A stretch of DNA of 64,000 bases from NCBI RefSeq assembly GCF_006345805.1, contig NC_043000.1:558001-622000 (forward strand), in the 5' to 3' direction. The position numbers and the translations under genes are program-made. This DNA is from Octopus sinensis (lineage: Eukaryota). Below are positions 39,731 to 53,164 of this stretch, one piece after another. Position 1 is the first letter of the stretch. Each line of letters begins with the position of its first letter. The notes beneath the pieces were generated by a model that had not been told where the DNA came from, made no database searches, and saw only the letters and a program-made list of their open reading frames with translations.

Positions 39731-40112
39731 GGCGTAGGTGTGTCTGTGTGGTAAGTAGCTCACTAACAAACCACATGGTTCCGGGTTAAGTCCCACTACG
39801 TGGCACCTTGGGCAAGTGTCTTCTACTATATCCTCGGGCCGACCAAAGCTTTGTGAGTGGATTTGGTAGGCGGAAACTGAAAGAAGCCCGTCGTATATAT
39901 GTATATATATGTATGTGTATATGTTTGTGTATCTGTGTTTGTCCTCCCAACATCGCTTGACAACCGATGTTGTCGTGTTTACGTCCCCGTAACTTAGCGG
40001 TTCGGCAAAAGAGACCTATAGAATAAGTCCTGGGGTCGATTTTCTCGACTAAAAGGCGGTGCTCCAGCATAGCCACAGTCAAAGGACTGGAACAAGAAAA
40101 GAGTAAAAGATA
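39731..40112 (+). mobile_element. SINE A, full length with small internal deletion
   Basis: Matches 57153-57564. Confidence 0.9.
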
Positions 40113-40559
40113 AGGGTACTGGAAAATTCCTGGCTTTAAGAGTATCGCAAAGGACCTGGCTGGAGGCCCAACATTCTGAGTTCTTTTACAGGCCTTAAAA
40201 AAACTGAAGGACTGTTGCAATAAGTGTGCATCTGAGAGGCGAGTATATTGAATAAAATCATAATTAACTGATTCTCCTGTATTTTCTTTTACCCAAAGCC
40301 GGGAATTTTTCAGCACCCACTGTATGTAATATGTGAGCCTGTCTAGCTGAAAACTCGCTCAGTCCTCGTTGCCTCATTCAAGTGAAGCATAAATGCTAAT
40401 GGGCGAAACGCCTTTAACCCTAAGACATTTGCTGACGATATAGAAGGGTTTTCCCGTTTTGCAGTAGATTTAAAATAAGCTCGAAGCCTTTGGGTATCTC
40501 CTGTAGTTTCTGCGCGGGGCAAAGGATGTCTGATATCTATTTCACCTGAATTATATATA

Positions 40560-40764
40560 CTCTTTTGCTCTTTACTCTTTTACTTTGTTTCAGTCATTTG
40601 ACTGTGACCATGCTGAAGCACCGCCTTTAGTCGAGCAAATAGACCCCAAGACTTGTTCTTTGTAAGCCTAGTACTTATTCTATCGTTCTCTTTTGCTGAA
40701 CTGCTATGTTACGGGGACTTAAACACACCAGCATCGGTTGTCAAGCGATGTTCGGGGAACAAAC

Positions 40765-40796
<32 letters not shown>

Positions 40797-40950
40797 TCAC
40801 ATACATATGTGCATACATATATACATACATACGATGGGCTTCTTTCACTTTCCGTCTACCAAATCTACTCACAAGGTTTTGGTCTGCCCGAGGCCATAGC
40901 AGAAGACACTTGCCCGAGTTGCCACGTTGTGGGAATGAACCCCAAACCAT
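40560..40950 (-). mobile_element. SINE A
   Basis: Reverse complement of the consensus; another minus copy at ~41755-41960. Confidence 0.88.
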
Positions 40951-41135
40951 ATATTTTATCTTTTACTTGTTTCAGGCATTAGGCTGAGGCTACGATGGGG
41001 CGACGAACCATTTTTGGCGAACCGGTTGTCATGCGGTGGTGGGGGACAAACAGACACAAAGACAGTGACATATATGTATCATATAAGAGATATCTATGTA
41101 TTATATATGGATATATATTTATCATATATATAATA

Positions 41136-41531
41136 CTAGCAGTATCGCCCGGCGTTGCTCGGGTTTGTAAGGGAAATAACTATATAAGCATTTTTAGAGA
41201 GTTATAGCAAAAAGATAGCAAAAAAATGCATTAAAAATGGAAAAAAATTATGGTAATTTTTTTTTTAAATCGTTGACTCATCGTAGAGATTTTTAGAGAG
41301 TTACTTCCCTTATATAATAGCGAAAAAATGCATTAAAATGGAAAAAATTATGGTAAATTTTTTTTAAAATCGTAGTCTCATCGTAGACGCGCGCTAATAC
41401 CCAGAAGGGTTCGATATGAATCACGACTATAAGATACCCGGTTTTGGTTAAACTGCACCGCAAAATGTGGGAGTAGTTAGGAATCTAAATCGCAGGAGAC
41501 AGACACACAACCTCCCTTTTATATATAAAGA
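41136..41531 (-). mobile_element. Non-autonomous Helitron, family 1
   Basis: Same termini as 36895-37281; internal ~70-bp duplication; A|T site. Confidence 0.9.
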
Positions 41532-42002
41532 TGTGAGATATTCAAGGTAAAGACTAGCTCAGTCATCACTGTTCCGTTCAGGTAAAACGTACAGACTAAG
41601 GGACGAAACGCTTGTGACCCTGAGATACCTGCTGATGATATGGATATATTTCCTGCATTGCAATTAATTCAGAAGAGCTTGCAAAATGTCTCAGTTGCTC
41701 CTGGCGCAAGCATCTCTGAGGTGTATCCCACATGAATTATGTTTTGCATTTTTTTCTTACATTTTTCATTGTCTCAGTCATTTGACTGCGGCCATGCTGG
41801 AGCGCCGCCTTTAGTCGAACAAATCGATCCCAGAAATTATTCTTTGTAAGCCTAGTACTTATTCTATCGGTCTCTTTCGCCGGACCGCTAGGTTACTGGG
41901 ACGTAAACACATCAACATCGGTTGTCAAGCGATAGTGGGGGGACAAACACAGATGCACAAACATATACATATATATATATGCATATATAAATACATACAT
42001 AT

Positions 42003-42052
<50 letters not shown>

Positions 42053-42227
42053 GGGACAAAAAAGCAATAGAGGACAATAAAACATTCGGACACAGAGACG
42101 ATGCAAGGGTGACAAGAGAAATAACAATTAGAAGGAAAGGTAAAAATAGATAGGTCATTCGTGGCTTTCTTTCCTCAGTCAAGTACCAAAAGTCACCACT
42201 GTTTCGGACATATATATACATATACAT

Positions 42228-42258
<31 letters not shown>

Positions 42259-42948
42259 CACATACATACACACACATATATATATATATTATTCTTTTAC
42301 CTGCCTCAGCTAATTGACTTTGATGGTAGTGAGAATAGGGTTTATACAATGGCCGTGAGGTGGGGTGATGAATGATGATGACGATGACGACGACGATGTT
42401 GACGACAATGACGACGATAATGAAGAAGATGATGGTGATAGTGGTGGTGGTGATCAAGATGACGACAACAACGACGACAACGATGACGACGATGATGTCG
42501 GTGATGATGATGATGATGGAGCTGCTATTGCTGCTGCTAGTGCTGCTGCTGCTAATGTTGCTGTTGCTGCTGCTGCTGCTGCTGATGATGATGATGATGT
42601 TGAAGAGCTCGAGTCTCTGTCGTAGTAGTGTACCCGCCGGTTGCGCTGCTAATAAACGATTTTTTTTTTAGCTGTAAGATCAGAAGTAGGGCGATGTGCT
42701 CGCAGGAGAATAATTCTCGTAAAGACAGTAGAGAGATGATAGAACTGTAGGGCACGACGAACGATGGTGGTGGTGGTGGCGGGCGAGTGATGGTGGAAGT
42801 GATAGTTCATAGAATCAGAAGTATTAGCACTGTTGCTGCTATTTGAAGGTGAGTCGGAAAATGTCTAATGAATTTATCGCTGATGAAGTGATCCTTTCAG
42901 TCTCTTATCTGCGATATTTACATATCTCTCAAATGAAAACATTAGTAA

Positions 42949-42991
<43 letters not shown>

Positions 42992-43689
42992 GGTGGTGGT
43001 GGTGGTGGTGGTGGTGGTGGTGGTGGTGGTGGTGGCGTCATCGGTGGCGGCGGAGGTGGTGGTGGTGGTGGCGGCGGCGGCGGCGGCGGCGGTGGTGGTG
43101 GTGGTGGCGGCGGCGGCGGTGGTGGTGGTGGTGGTGGTGGTGGTGGTGGTGTGGTGGTGGTGGTGGTGGTGGTGGCGGTGGTGGTGTTGGCAGCGACAGT
43201 GTTGGCGGCGTTGGGAGAGGCGGCGACGATGTTGACGGAAGCGATGTTGGCAGCGGCGGCGTTTGCGGTGGAGGTGGCTTTATGGCGGCCGCAGGGTGGT
43301 GGCGGTGGTGGTGGTGGTGGCATCGGCCCTGGCGGTAGTGGTGGTGGTGGCGGTTGCAGTTCTGGACGTTTGCTTTGTATTGTTTTGAATATGTTTTTGC
43401 AACATCCGAGTAAATTTCAGTTGTTTAAATCCTATCTCTTACTGTTGGTAATCTTTTGTTAACCATCATCATTTCCACAATTATCATCATCATCACCACC
43501 ATCGTCGCCGTTGAAACCGCCGCCGTCACCGTCACCGTCACCGATGTCGTCATCAACCTTGCCGTTTTCGCTGCCGTACCCATTGTTGCTGCCACTAGCG
43601 TAGCCGCAGCCGCTGTCACCGCCACCGCTGCCATTGCCGTGATCATCGTCACCACCATCGTTACCTTCGTCTCGCTGACGTCGTCTTAG

Positions 43690-44200
43690 TTGCCAACGTT
43701 GTCGTCGTCATCTTTGCCGTCGACGTCATTGTCATTGTCGTCTTCGACGTCGCCGTCATTTTCACTGTCGTCTTCGACGTCGCCTTCATTGTCATTGTCG
43801 TCTTCGACGTCGCCGTCATTTTAACTGTCGTCTTTGACGTCGCTGTTATTGTCATTGTCGTCTTCGACGTCGCCGTCATTTTCACTGTCGTCTTTGACGT
43901 CGCTGTTATTGTTGTTTTCGACGTCGTCCACACGGTCACTGTCGTCTTCGATGTCGTCGTCGTCATTGTTATTGTCGTCTTCGACGTCGCCGTCATTTTC
44001 ACTGTCGTCTTTGACGTCGCTGTTATTGTTGTTTTCGACGTCGTCCACACGGTCACTGTCGTCTTCGATGTCGTCGTCATTTTCACTGTCGTCTTCGACG
44101 CCGACTTCATTCTCTTTGTCGTCTTCGACGTCGCCGTCATGTTCATGGTCGTCTTCGACGTTGCCGTCATGGTTACTGTCGTCTTTGCCACCGCCGCAGC
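43690..44200. repeat. ~30-bp minisatellite with a 117-bp higher-order duplication
   Basis: Unit gtcttcgacgtcgccgtcattttcactgtc; 39-codon block repeated. Confidence 0.88.
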
Positions 44201-44537
44201 TTTCAACATCGCCGTCGCCAACATCAGTGGTAACAAGGGAGTGTCCTATTGTATGTACTCAATAGGACACGTGCTGCCATGAAAAATAAAGGGAAAGGCA
44301 CATCGGTAAATGCAATGAGCAAAGATGCTTAAGCTGACTGCCACCACCATCCTCCTCCTCCTCCTCATCATCATCATCATCGTTGCCGTGATCGTCATCA
44401 TCATCACCATTGTCGTCGTAATCTTTATCACCATCATCATAATTATCCTCGTCATCATCATCATCATCACCATCGTCGTCGTAGTCTCTATCAACATCGT
44501 CATCATTATCATCGTGGTCGTCGACGTCATCATCGCC

Positions 44538-44578
<41 letters not shown>

Positions 44579-44689
44579 TATCATTATCATCATCATCGTC
44601 ATCATCATCACCATCGTCGTCGTTGCTGTCGCCGTCATCGTCACCATCATCTGTATCCTTCACGTTTCTAGTCCTTTTATCGCCGCTCT

Positions 44690-45074
44690 GTGGAGGCGCA
44701 ATGGCCCAATGGTTAGGGCAGCAGACTCGCGGTCATAGGATCGCGGTTTCGATTCCCAGACCGGGCGTTGTGAGTGTTTATTGAGCGAAAACACCGAAAG
44801 CTCCACGAGGCTCAGGCAGGGGATGGTGGTGATCCCTGCTGTACTTTTTCTCCACAACTTTCTCTTACTCTTACTTCCTGTTTCTCTTGTACCTGTATTT
44901 CAAAGGGCCGGCCTTGTCACTCTCTGTGTCACGCTGAATATCCCCGAGAACTACGTTAAGGGTACACGTGTCTGTGGAGTGCTCAGCCACTTACACGTTA
45001 ATTTCACGAGCAGGCTGTTCCGTTGATTCGGATCAACCGGAACCCTCGTCGTCGTAACCGACGGAGTGCTTCCA
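44690..45074 (+). mobile_element. SINE K1 + T1, full length
   Basis: 14-bp TSD tttatcgccgctct (44676-44689 / 45075-45088). Confidence 0.95.
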
Positions 45075-45588
45075 TTTATCGCCGCTCTAGCAATATACTA
45101 GTTTCCTTAACGAACACTTTGTTTCATTTGTCGACATTAACGTTATACTTACTCTTCTGGCTGTCATTGGCACCGCTGGTAGCGGTGGTGTTGGTGGCGG
45201 CCTCGGCTGCTGCTGCTATTTTTGTTGCTGTTCCACTTGATTAATATTCTTGATGTAGTCACTGATGTCCTTGTTTTCGTTTTGTTACCGTCAATTTTGT
45301 TGTTGTTGAAGTTGTCTTATGTTGATGGATACTCTTGATGTGTTTCACATGTACTAGCCACTGTTGTCATGGTTTGCTGTTGTTGTTGTTGTCGTCGTCG
45401 TCGTTATAGTATTCATTGTTGTTGTTGTTGCTGTTACAGTTGATTGATATTCTTGATATTGTTGTTGCGGAGCCCTTTATCAGTTGCTGGACGTACTTAT
45501 CAACATTCAGTAATTTCAACGTTAATTTTTTTTTATTCTATGTTTTTATTTTTGGTACGAGTTTGATATATTGAGTTCAGCCGTAGTA

Positions 45589-45628
<40 letters not shown>

Positions 45629-45636
45629 CAGCAGCA

Positions 45637-45830
45637 GTGTTCAAGAATTTGGACCTGGAGATCTCCATTTTCAGCGACTTCGAGGGCCACTTCCCAGTGG
45701 TGACACCCTCGACTGCAACAAGACGACCAAAGTTTTTTCTTTCTCCAAGGTCTGGGGGTCTCCCGCCCCTAAGCCCTAGACCATCACCTAATCAACCTTA
45801 CCCGTCTTGTTGCTTAACAACAACAGCAGG
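45637..45830 (+). mobile_element. Family R short retroposon
   Basis: Reverse complement of 49241-49451 with an internal deletion; (AAC)n end. Confidence 0.75.
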
Positions 45831-45918
45831 AGCAGCAGCAGTAGTAGTGGTAGTAGTAGTAATAGTAGTAGTAGTAGTGGTGGTGGTGGTGGTGGTGGTG
45901 GTGGTGGTGGTGGTAGTG

Positions 45919-45959
<41 letters not shown>

Positions 45960-46008
45960 GGTGGTGGTGGTAGTGGTAGTAGTAGTAGTAGTAGTAGTAG
46001 TGGTGATG

Positions 46009-46120
<112 letters not shown>

Positions 46121-46419
46121 ACAATGACAACAGCAGCAGAAGCAGTACTACGAACCGTTCCTCCAAATTCATCATTTCGTGTTCTGACGAGACCAAGATA
46201 TCCAGTTCAGTATAAAAAGGGTCACTAAAAATACTTGATGACGTAAAACAAGAAATTTAGATTCACTAAAAATTAACTTACTTTTAATAAGAACAAACGT
46301 TATCTGAAATTACCTTAATTCTGGTAATGAAAGCAAGGAAGACAACCCTGCAATTTTAATTCATTGTAAATAAATATGGAAAATACCGGAGACTAATTTT
46401 GATCTTTAAAAATACTGTG

Positions 46420-46470
46420 GTAATTCTTGACATGTTTCGGTCTATTAGAGAGCTCATCAGCGGCTACTAG
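46420..46470 (-). ncRNA. Degenerate minimal hammerhead motif
   Basis: rc: CUGAUGA-GCUCUCUAAUAGACC-GAAACAUGUC; palindromic ACAUGU stem III; proximal stem I does not pair. Confidence 0.4.
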
Positions 46471-46934
46471 GTTTTATAGTGTCAAAGGTATTGCATTGAT
46501 TGTTAATGACTGGACATTGAGTGGAGAAATAACGTGATAGAATGACTGATGTCATAAACGAATATATTTTAATTATTTAAGTTTATAGTATTAATGATGA
46601 GAGTCATTATCATCTAAGCGTTAAATACTGGTCAAAAAGAGCAAGGGAGGTAACCTAAAGTTTTCAAATGAACTATTCTGATCGAAAAGCAAGGGAGATA
46701 ACCTGGAATTTTCGAATGACAGGTTTTTAGAAGAAAAAGTCTTGTGAAAATAACAAGTGACATTAAGTTGGAATTTTCTGTTACCGAAATTAAATATATA
46801 GAGTACAGTTTTTTTTTTCTGACGCAGCACAGAATCCTAAAATTGCTTTGTTTTCGGAAGTTTGAAAGACAAATTCGATTTGGACAACATTTGAACGCGA
46901 AACATTTAATATCACTCGGTATTTAGAAAGCAGT

Positions 46935-47120
46935 ATTTTGCCACTTGTACCTCTGGGGTCCATCGCGGGATTACTTATGTTCGCCAGCTAAATGGACTGG
47001 AGCAAACGTAAAATGAAGTATTTTGCTCAAGAAGGCAACGAGTCGCTCGGTCCAGGAATCGAAACCACAATCTTACAATCATGAGTTCACCACCTTAACC
47101 ACTAAACCACGCACCTCCAC
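46935..47120 (-). mobile_element. SINE K2 + T2-like tail
   Basis: rc: tRNA head, ttcttgagcaaaata core, cccgcgatggac tail start; similar copy at ~62110-62300 (+). Confidence 0.7.
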
Positions 47121-47250
47121 ACACACATACACGCTTCGATTCCTGGACCGGGCGACTCGTTGCCTTCTTGAGCAAAATATGTGTGTGTGTGTGTGTGTGT
47201 ATATATATGTGTGTGTGTGTGTGCGTGCGTGTGTGTGTGTGTGTGAGTGC

Positions 47251-47294
<44 letters not shown>

Positions 47295-48402
47295 CTTTGC
47301 GTTTGTCACCTACTACTGCTTGACAACCGGTGTTGGTTTACTTAGGTCCCAAAGTCTAACTGTTCGCCAAAAGAGACGGATAGAATAAGTACTTGACAGG
47401 AGTTGATTTGTCCAACGTGACCCTTCAAGTCAGTGCCCCAGCAAGGCCGCAGTTTAATGACTGTAACAAGTAAAAGACAAAACAAAAGATAGCTATAGAG
47501 CAAACTTAAATTCACTTAGAAACTTTTGCATACACCATTTCAGTACATCTCTCCGATCCCGAAAGATCTAAATCTATAATGTTAGCCCGCTAAAATTATG
47601 TAACTCAGCGCACACTTTGTAATAACCGAATTTTTGTTTCAATTTATACAAAAAGAAAAGGAAATTCATAAACGGTTTGCATTTCAAAGAAAGCGACTTG
47701 AGTAAAAACAAATTCAACACCAATGGGATTAGAACAATGAACGGAGGGACGTAACCAGACACTGTATATAGTTTATTTGTTATTTTTATTTACCCCACTT
47801 TTAGTCTGGGTAAACGAAGTTACATACTCGATCGTTCGTTTATCGGAGGAATCCATCAACGGTTGATCAGGTTTGGTACTTACCGTTTTGAGTGCAAATT
47901 TTGCAGAGGTCGACTTTGCCTTTCATCCTTTCAGTGTCGAAAAATAAAGAACTAGTGAAGTGCTGGAGTTGATGCACTCGACAAAACATTTCCTACTACT
48001 AAAATTGCAGAAATCTGCGCCAAAATTCGAAATAATTACCACCAATAGAGTTGTCGGAGGGATAAGTTGTCAGCTTCGGTGCATCTGTCTCTCTTCTACG
48101 CTTCTGTCTTGACAGACGGCTATGGTAGCTCGCATAAGATGTAAGCATTCACTGAAGAACGCAGTAATGCTCTCAAGAACGGAGGAATAAGAAAACAAGT
48201 CGTGGTGGTGGTGGGTCATATCTCTTCAAAATTCAAAGACAAAAGTTTCTGTAAAGGGCTACTAAAGAACTCAGGACATTTTCACACAAAACTGCATTCA
48301 TTTCCACTGCATGGCACCTTGGGTAAGTGTCTTCTACTATAGTCGCGTGCAACTGGTACTTATTTTATCGGCCCCCGAAAGGATGAAAGGCAACATGCAT
48401 AC

Positions 48403-48450
<48 letters not shown>

Positions 48451-48549
48451 GACGGGCTTCTTTCAGTTTCCATCTACGAAATCCACTCACAAAGCTTTGG
48501 TCGACCCGAGGCTATAGTAGAAGACATTTGCCCAAGGTGCCGGCCCCAA

Positions 48550-48893
48550 AAAGATGAAAGGCAAAGTCGACCTGGTGGAATTTGAACTCAAAACGTAAAG
48601 AGAAGCGAAATGCTGCTATGCATTTTGCCCAGCATGTTAATGACTCTGCCAGCTCGCCGCCTTACCTGGACCATACATGTTTTTCTACTCTAGGCACAAG
48701 GCCCGAAATTTTTGGGGAAGAGGCCAGTCGATTAGATCGACTGCAGTACGCAACGGGTACTTAATTTATGGACCCCGAAAGGATGAAAGACAAAGTCGAC
48801 CTCGACGGAATTTGAACTCAGAACGTAGCAACAGACGAAATACGGCTACGCATTTCGCCCGGTGTGCTAACGTTTCTGCCAGCTCACCGCTTT
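48550..48893 (-). mobile_element. Family C dimer
   Basis: Two cores with heads. Confidence 0.85.
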
Positions 48894-49240
48894 AGCTGGA
48901 CTATATATTAACCAAGTGATGTGGCTTGCATGACATCAACTGGAAGGTAATTCCTTTCCGGCCCATATTTGTGAATTGAAACAAGAATCCAGTTAGAATT
49001 CTTGTGCTTTGATTCTTCGATGAGCAACTGGTCACACTTAAAAATGGTCGAGAGAAGGCTGTCCTTCGCACGAAAATGAGATAGAAAACGTATGAATCGC
49101 CTCAGAGAATTGTTACAGCCTAAAAATAGAGATGTATCTAAAAACTGGCCAGAATGGAGATCTGATGTTTCGCTTCTTGCAGTTCTGTCGGTGAGTTTTA
49201 GCTCCATCAGCTGCCAGCTTCCTCTGCGCACAAGAAGCTG

Positions 49241-49451
49241 TTGTTGTTGTTGTTGTTGTTAAGCAACAAGACGGGTAAGGGTGATTAGGTGATGGTCTAG
49301 GGCTTAGGGGCGAGATACCCCAGACCTTGGACAAAATAACTTTGGTCATCTTGTTGTAGTCGAGGGCTCTTCGTTGACGCCCGACACCACTGGGAGGTGG
49401 CCCTCGAAGTCGCTGGAAATGGAGATCTCCAGGTCCAAATTCTTGAGCAGC
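49241..49451 (-). mobile_element. Family R short retroposon with (CAA)n tail
   Basis: 14-bp TSD cgcacaagaagctg at 49227-49240 and 49452-49465. Confidence 0.88.
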
Positions 49452-49754
49452 CGCACAAGAAGCTGGATGCTTTGGCTGATGATACAAATAAATGCGATGA
49501 GGCTGCACAAATGCACAAATATCTTGTGCAAAATTGTTCTGTTAGGTACGTCTTCCCCAAATTTCTCTGTTTGGCGGCACTAAAAGTTCCAAGTCACGCT
49601 GGAAAGACGTTGCTTACTGCGATTTGTTTCAGCTCTTTATATTTTGGGTTCAAATTCCGCTAGTGTCAACTTAGCTTGCATTCCTTTCGGGGTCGATAAT
49701 ATAAGCACAAGTTGATGTAATCGACTAACACCCACCCCTCAGAACTACTGTCCT

Positions 49755-50348
49755 TCTTCTTCTTCTTCTTCTTCTTCTTCTTCTTCTTCTTCTTCTTCTT
49801 GAGTGAGAGAGCAGTGCATGCCATCAAAGTGACACTGGGGTAAAATATACGAAGCCCAGTATACCCATCATGACGATCCGTCTGATAACGGTACACTAGG
49901 CACATGCATCACAACCATATGTGCGCGACATGGTGATCTCATATCAAGATAAACAGTGAGTGACCTTGCATGTGGAACCCAGTTAGAATTTTCTTCAGGT
50001 TGAGAAGCCCATCAAAAGGTCCTTGAATAAGGGTTGTTTAAGGATGTTGAACGAGCCGCCGATGTTTCCAAAGGTCAATTATCCAAACCCAAAAGAATTC
50101 CTTTCAACACATGGCTATGATGTTCCCCCACTACTTCTGCTCGTGATCAGAGATGCACATAGCGTCAGCCACTAAAGGACAAGGTCAACTTGTTATGGTC
50201 AAACAACTGACAAGCAAATCTGTGGTATTGAGCAGAATATTTTCTGTAGCCCATCTTTTATACCAAGACAAAACAATGAACATGATAACACTTCCAATCA
50301 GTTAAGATCAGAAGTCATGAGAGCCACTGCTTGGTACTGCATTAGGGC
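49755..50348 (-). mobile_element. Family F repeat, long copy with (AAG)n tail
   Basis: 5' part matches 13902-14120; ends in a trinucleotide tail. Confidence 0.7.
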
Positions 50349-50387
50349 ATTTATTACTATAATTATTATCATTCTTATTACTATTCA

Positions 50388-50955
50388 GGTGGCGAGCTGG
50401 TAGAATCGTTAGCACGCCGGGCGAAATGCTAAGCGATATTTCGTCTGTTGCTACGTTCTGAGTTCAAATTCCGCCGAAGTCGACTTTGCCTTTCATCCTT
50501 TCGGAGTCGATTAAATAAGTACCAGTTACACACTGGGATCGATATAATCGACTTAATCCGTTTGTCTGTCCTTGTTTGTCCCTACTGTGTTTAGCCCCCT
50601 GTGGGTAGTAAAGAAATAGGTATTTCGTCTGCGTTCAAATTCCGCCGAGGCCGACTTTGCCTTTCATCCTTTCGGGGTCGATTTAAATAAGTACTAGTTA
50701 CGCACTGAGGTCGATGTAATCGACTTTATCCGTTTCTCTGTCCTTGTTTGTTCCCTCTGTGTTTAGTCAACTTGTGGGTAGTAAAGAAATAGGTATTTTG
50801 TCTGTCTTTACGTTCTAAGTTCAAAGTCCGCCGGAATCGACTTTGCCTTTCGTCCTTTCGAAGTCGACAAAATGTGTATCAGTCAAGTACTGGAACTGAT
50901 GTGATCTACTCACCCCTCTTCCAATATTTCAGGCCTTGTGCCTACATTAGAAAGG

Positions 50956-50996
<41 letters not shown>

Positions 50997-51560
50997 CATT
51001 CTTATTATTCAGTAGGTGAGCTGGCAGAATCGTTAGCACGCCGGGGAAAATGCTTAGCGGCATTCCGTCTGTCTTTACGTTCTGAGTTTAAATTCCACTC
51101 GACTTTGCCTTTCATCCTTTCGGGGTCGATAAATTAGGTAACCGTGAGACGCTGTTGTCCTATCTCCCAAAATTTCAGGCCTTGTGCCTTTAATAAAATA
51201 TTATCATTATTAAGGAGGCACGCTGTCAGAATCGTTAGTATATCGGACAAAATGCTTAGTGGTATTTCTTCCGGCTATTTATGCTGTGAGTTCAAATCCC
51301 AGTGAAGTTGACACTCGAGGCCGATGAAATAAGTACCAGTCAAGTAATGGGGTCGATGTAATCTACTTCCCTCTTCTCCAAAAATTGCTTATCCGGGGCC
51401 AAAATTTGAAACCATTATTATAAGGAGGCATGCTGTCAGAATCGTTAACGCGCGGGACAAAATACTTCTTACTAAGCGGCATTTATTCTGACTCCTCATG
51501 TCCCAAGTTCGAATTCCACCCAGGTCAACTTTGCCTTTCAAACTTTCAGATTCGATATAA
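50388..51560 (+). mobile_element. Family C array (~6 units)
   Basis: Head ggcgagctggtagaatcgttagc at ~50392, concatemer junctions at 50601-50629 and 50774-50802, further monomers downstream. Confidence 0.9.
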
Positions 51561-51579
51561 TAAATACCAGCTGAATACG

Positions 51580-51627
<48 letters not shown>

Positions 51628-51734
51628 TGTTTTTGTGTATATTCATATATTATATATGTGTGCATGTGTGTGTGCGTATAGTCGTTTATTATATATATAC
51701 ATATATATATATATATATTATATATATATAATAT

Positions 51735-51788
<54 letters not shown>

Positions 51789-52020
51789 CATATATATACA
51801 TATATATATGTATATAAATATATATATATACATATATTTATATACATATATATATAAATATATATGTAATATATATACATATACATATATATATATATAT
51901 ATATTTATATACATATATATAAATATATATGTAAATATATATACATATACATATATATATATATGTAGTCGGCTTCCCCCTCACTCAAAATTTCCTGGCT
52001 TTGTGCCAAAACTAGAAAGA

Positions 52021-52070
<50 letters not shown>

Positions 52071-52431
52071 CATTATTGTTGTTGTTGTTGTTGTTTACTA
52101 TTAACTTCTTGTTTATTTTATTCATTTTTATTATTTCTTTCTTTGTTGAGGCTTTTTTTTTCAGCCTTCTTATTTTTTTTTCCTTTAATGTTTTATATAT
52201 TTCATAGGAAATATCAAATTATTAAATTATTAGTTGCTCAAAATAAGAAAAGCATGTGACAAAGTTAATTAATTTGATTCTAATCAGGCACACGCCACAA
52301 GATTAGACGACTATTTCACAGCAATTGATAACATTCTGTGATTCTGTTAAGCGATTGGACACGCTGGCTCTTATTTTACTGTTATAATATTAGCAACGTA
52401 AGGACATTATGGAGTAGTGGTTGTGAGTGCA

Positions 52432-52465
<34 letters not shown>

Positions 52466-52611
52466 TGTGTGTGAGTGACAGAAAGAGAGAGTTTTTCCAC
52501 ACGCAAACATTTATTATAGACACTTTACACATGCTCACAACACTACATTCGCGCTCTTACGTAAAAGTATGTGCATATGAGTGTGTGTGAGAGTGTGCGT
52601 GTGTGTGTGCG

Positions 52612-52658
<47 letters not shown>

Positions 52659-52750
52659 ATATATACACATATGTATACAAATATTTGTATATGTGTATAT
52701 ATATATATAACGCATATATATATATACACATATATATATATATATGTATA

Positions 52751-52822
<72 letters not shown>

Positions 52823-53164
52823 TTATTTATTTATTTATTGCCCACATGGGACTGAGCATAGAGGAGACAAACAAGGACAGACAGAGAGATTAAGTCGATT
52901 ACATCGACCCCAGTGCGTAACTGGTACTTATTTAATCGTTCTCTAACGGATGAAAAGCAAAGTCGACCTCGATATATATACGCGAGCAGGTATGAGGGGC
53001 GGTGGAGCCAGGGGGAGAATGATTGCGGATTGGAAAAGACTATGGAACTTGAGCAAGAATATCTTTTTGTTCGTGCGTCGATTATTTTGGATTGTGAAAA
53101 ATGGCAAAAAACTAAGTGAAGAGGCTTCCGGCCACGACTTAATAAAAAGAAAAGAAAAAAAAAA

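Noticed and set aside
42950-43360. (GGT/GGC)n tract as a G-quadruplex element or Pro-rich exon
   Set aside because: Fully explained by triplet expansion; no evidence of function from sequence alone.
48908-49231. 107-aa minus ORF and a possible plus-strand exon ending ag|gtacgt near 49546
   Set aside because: No recognisable homology; the region is interrupted by a retroposon.
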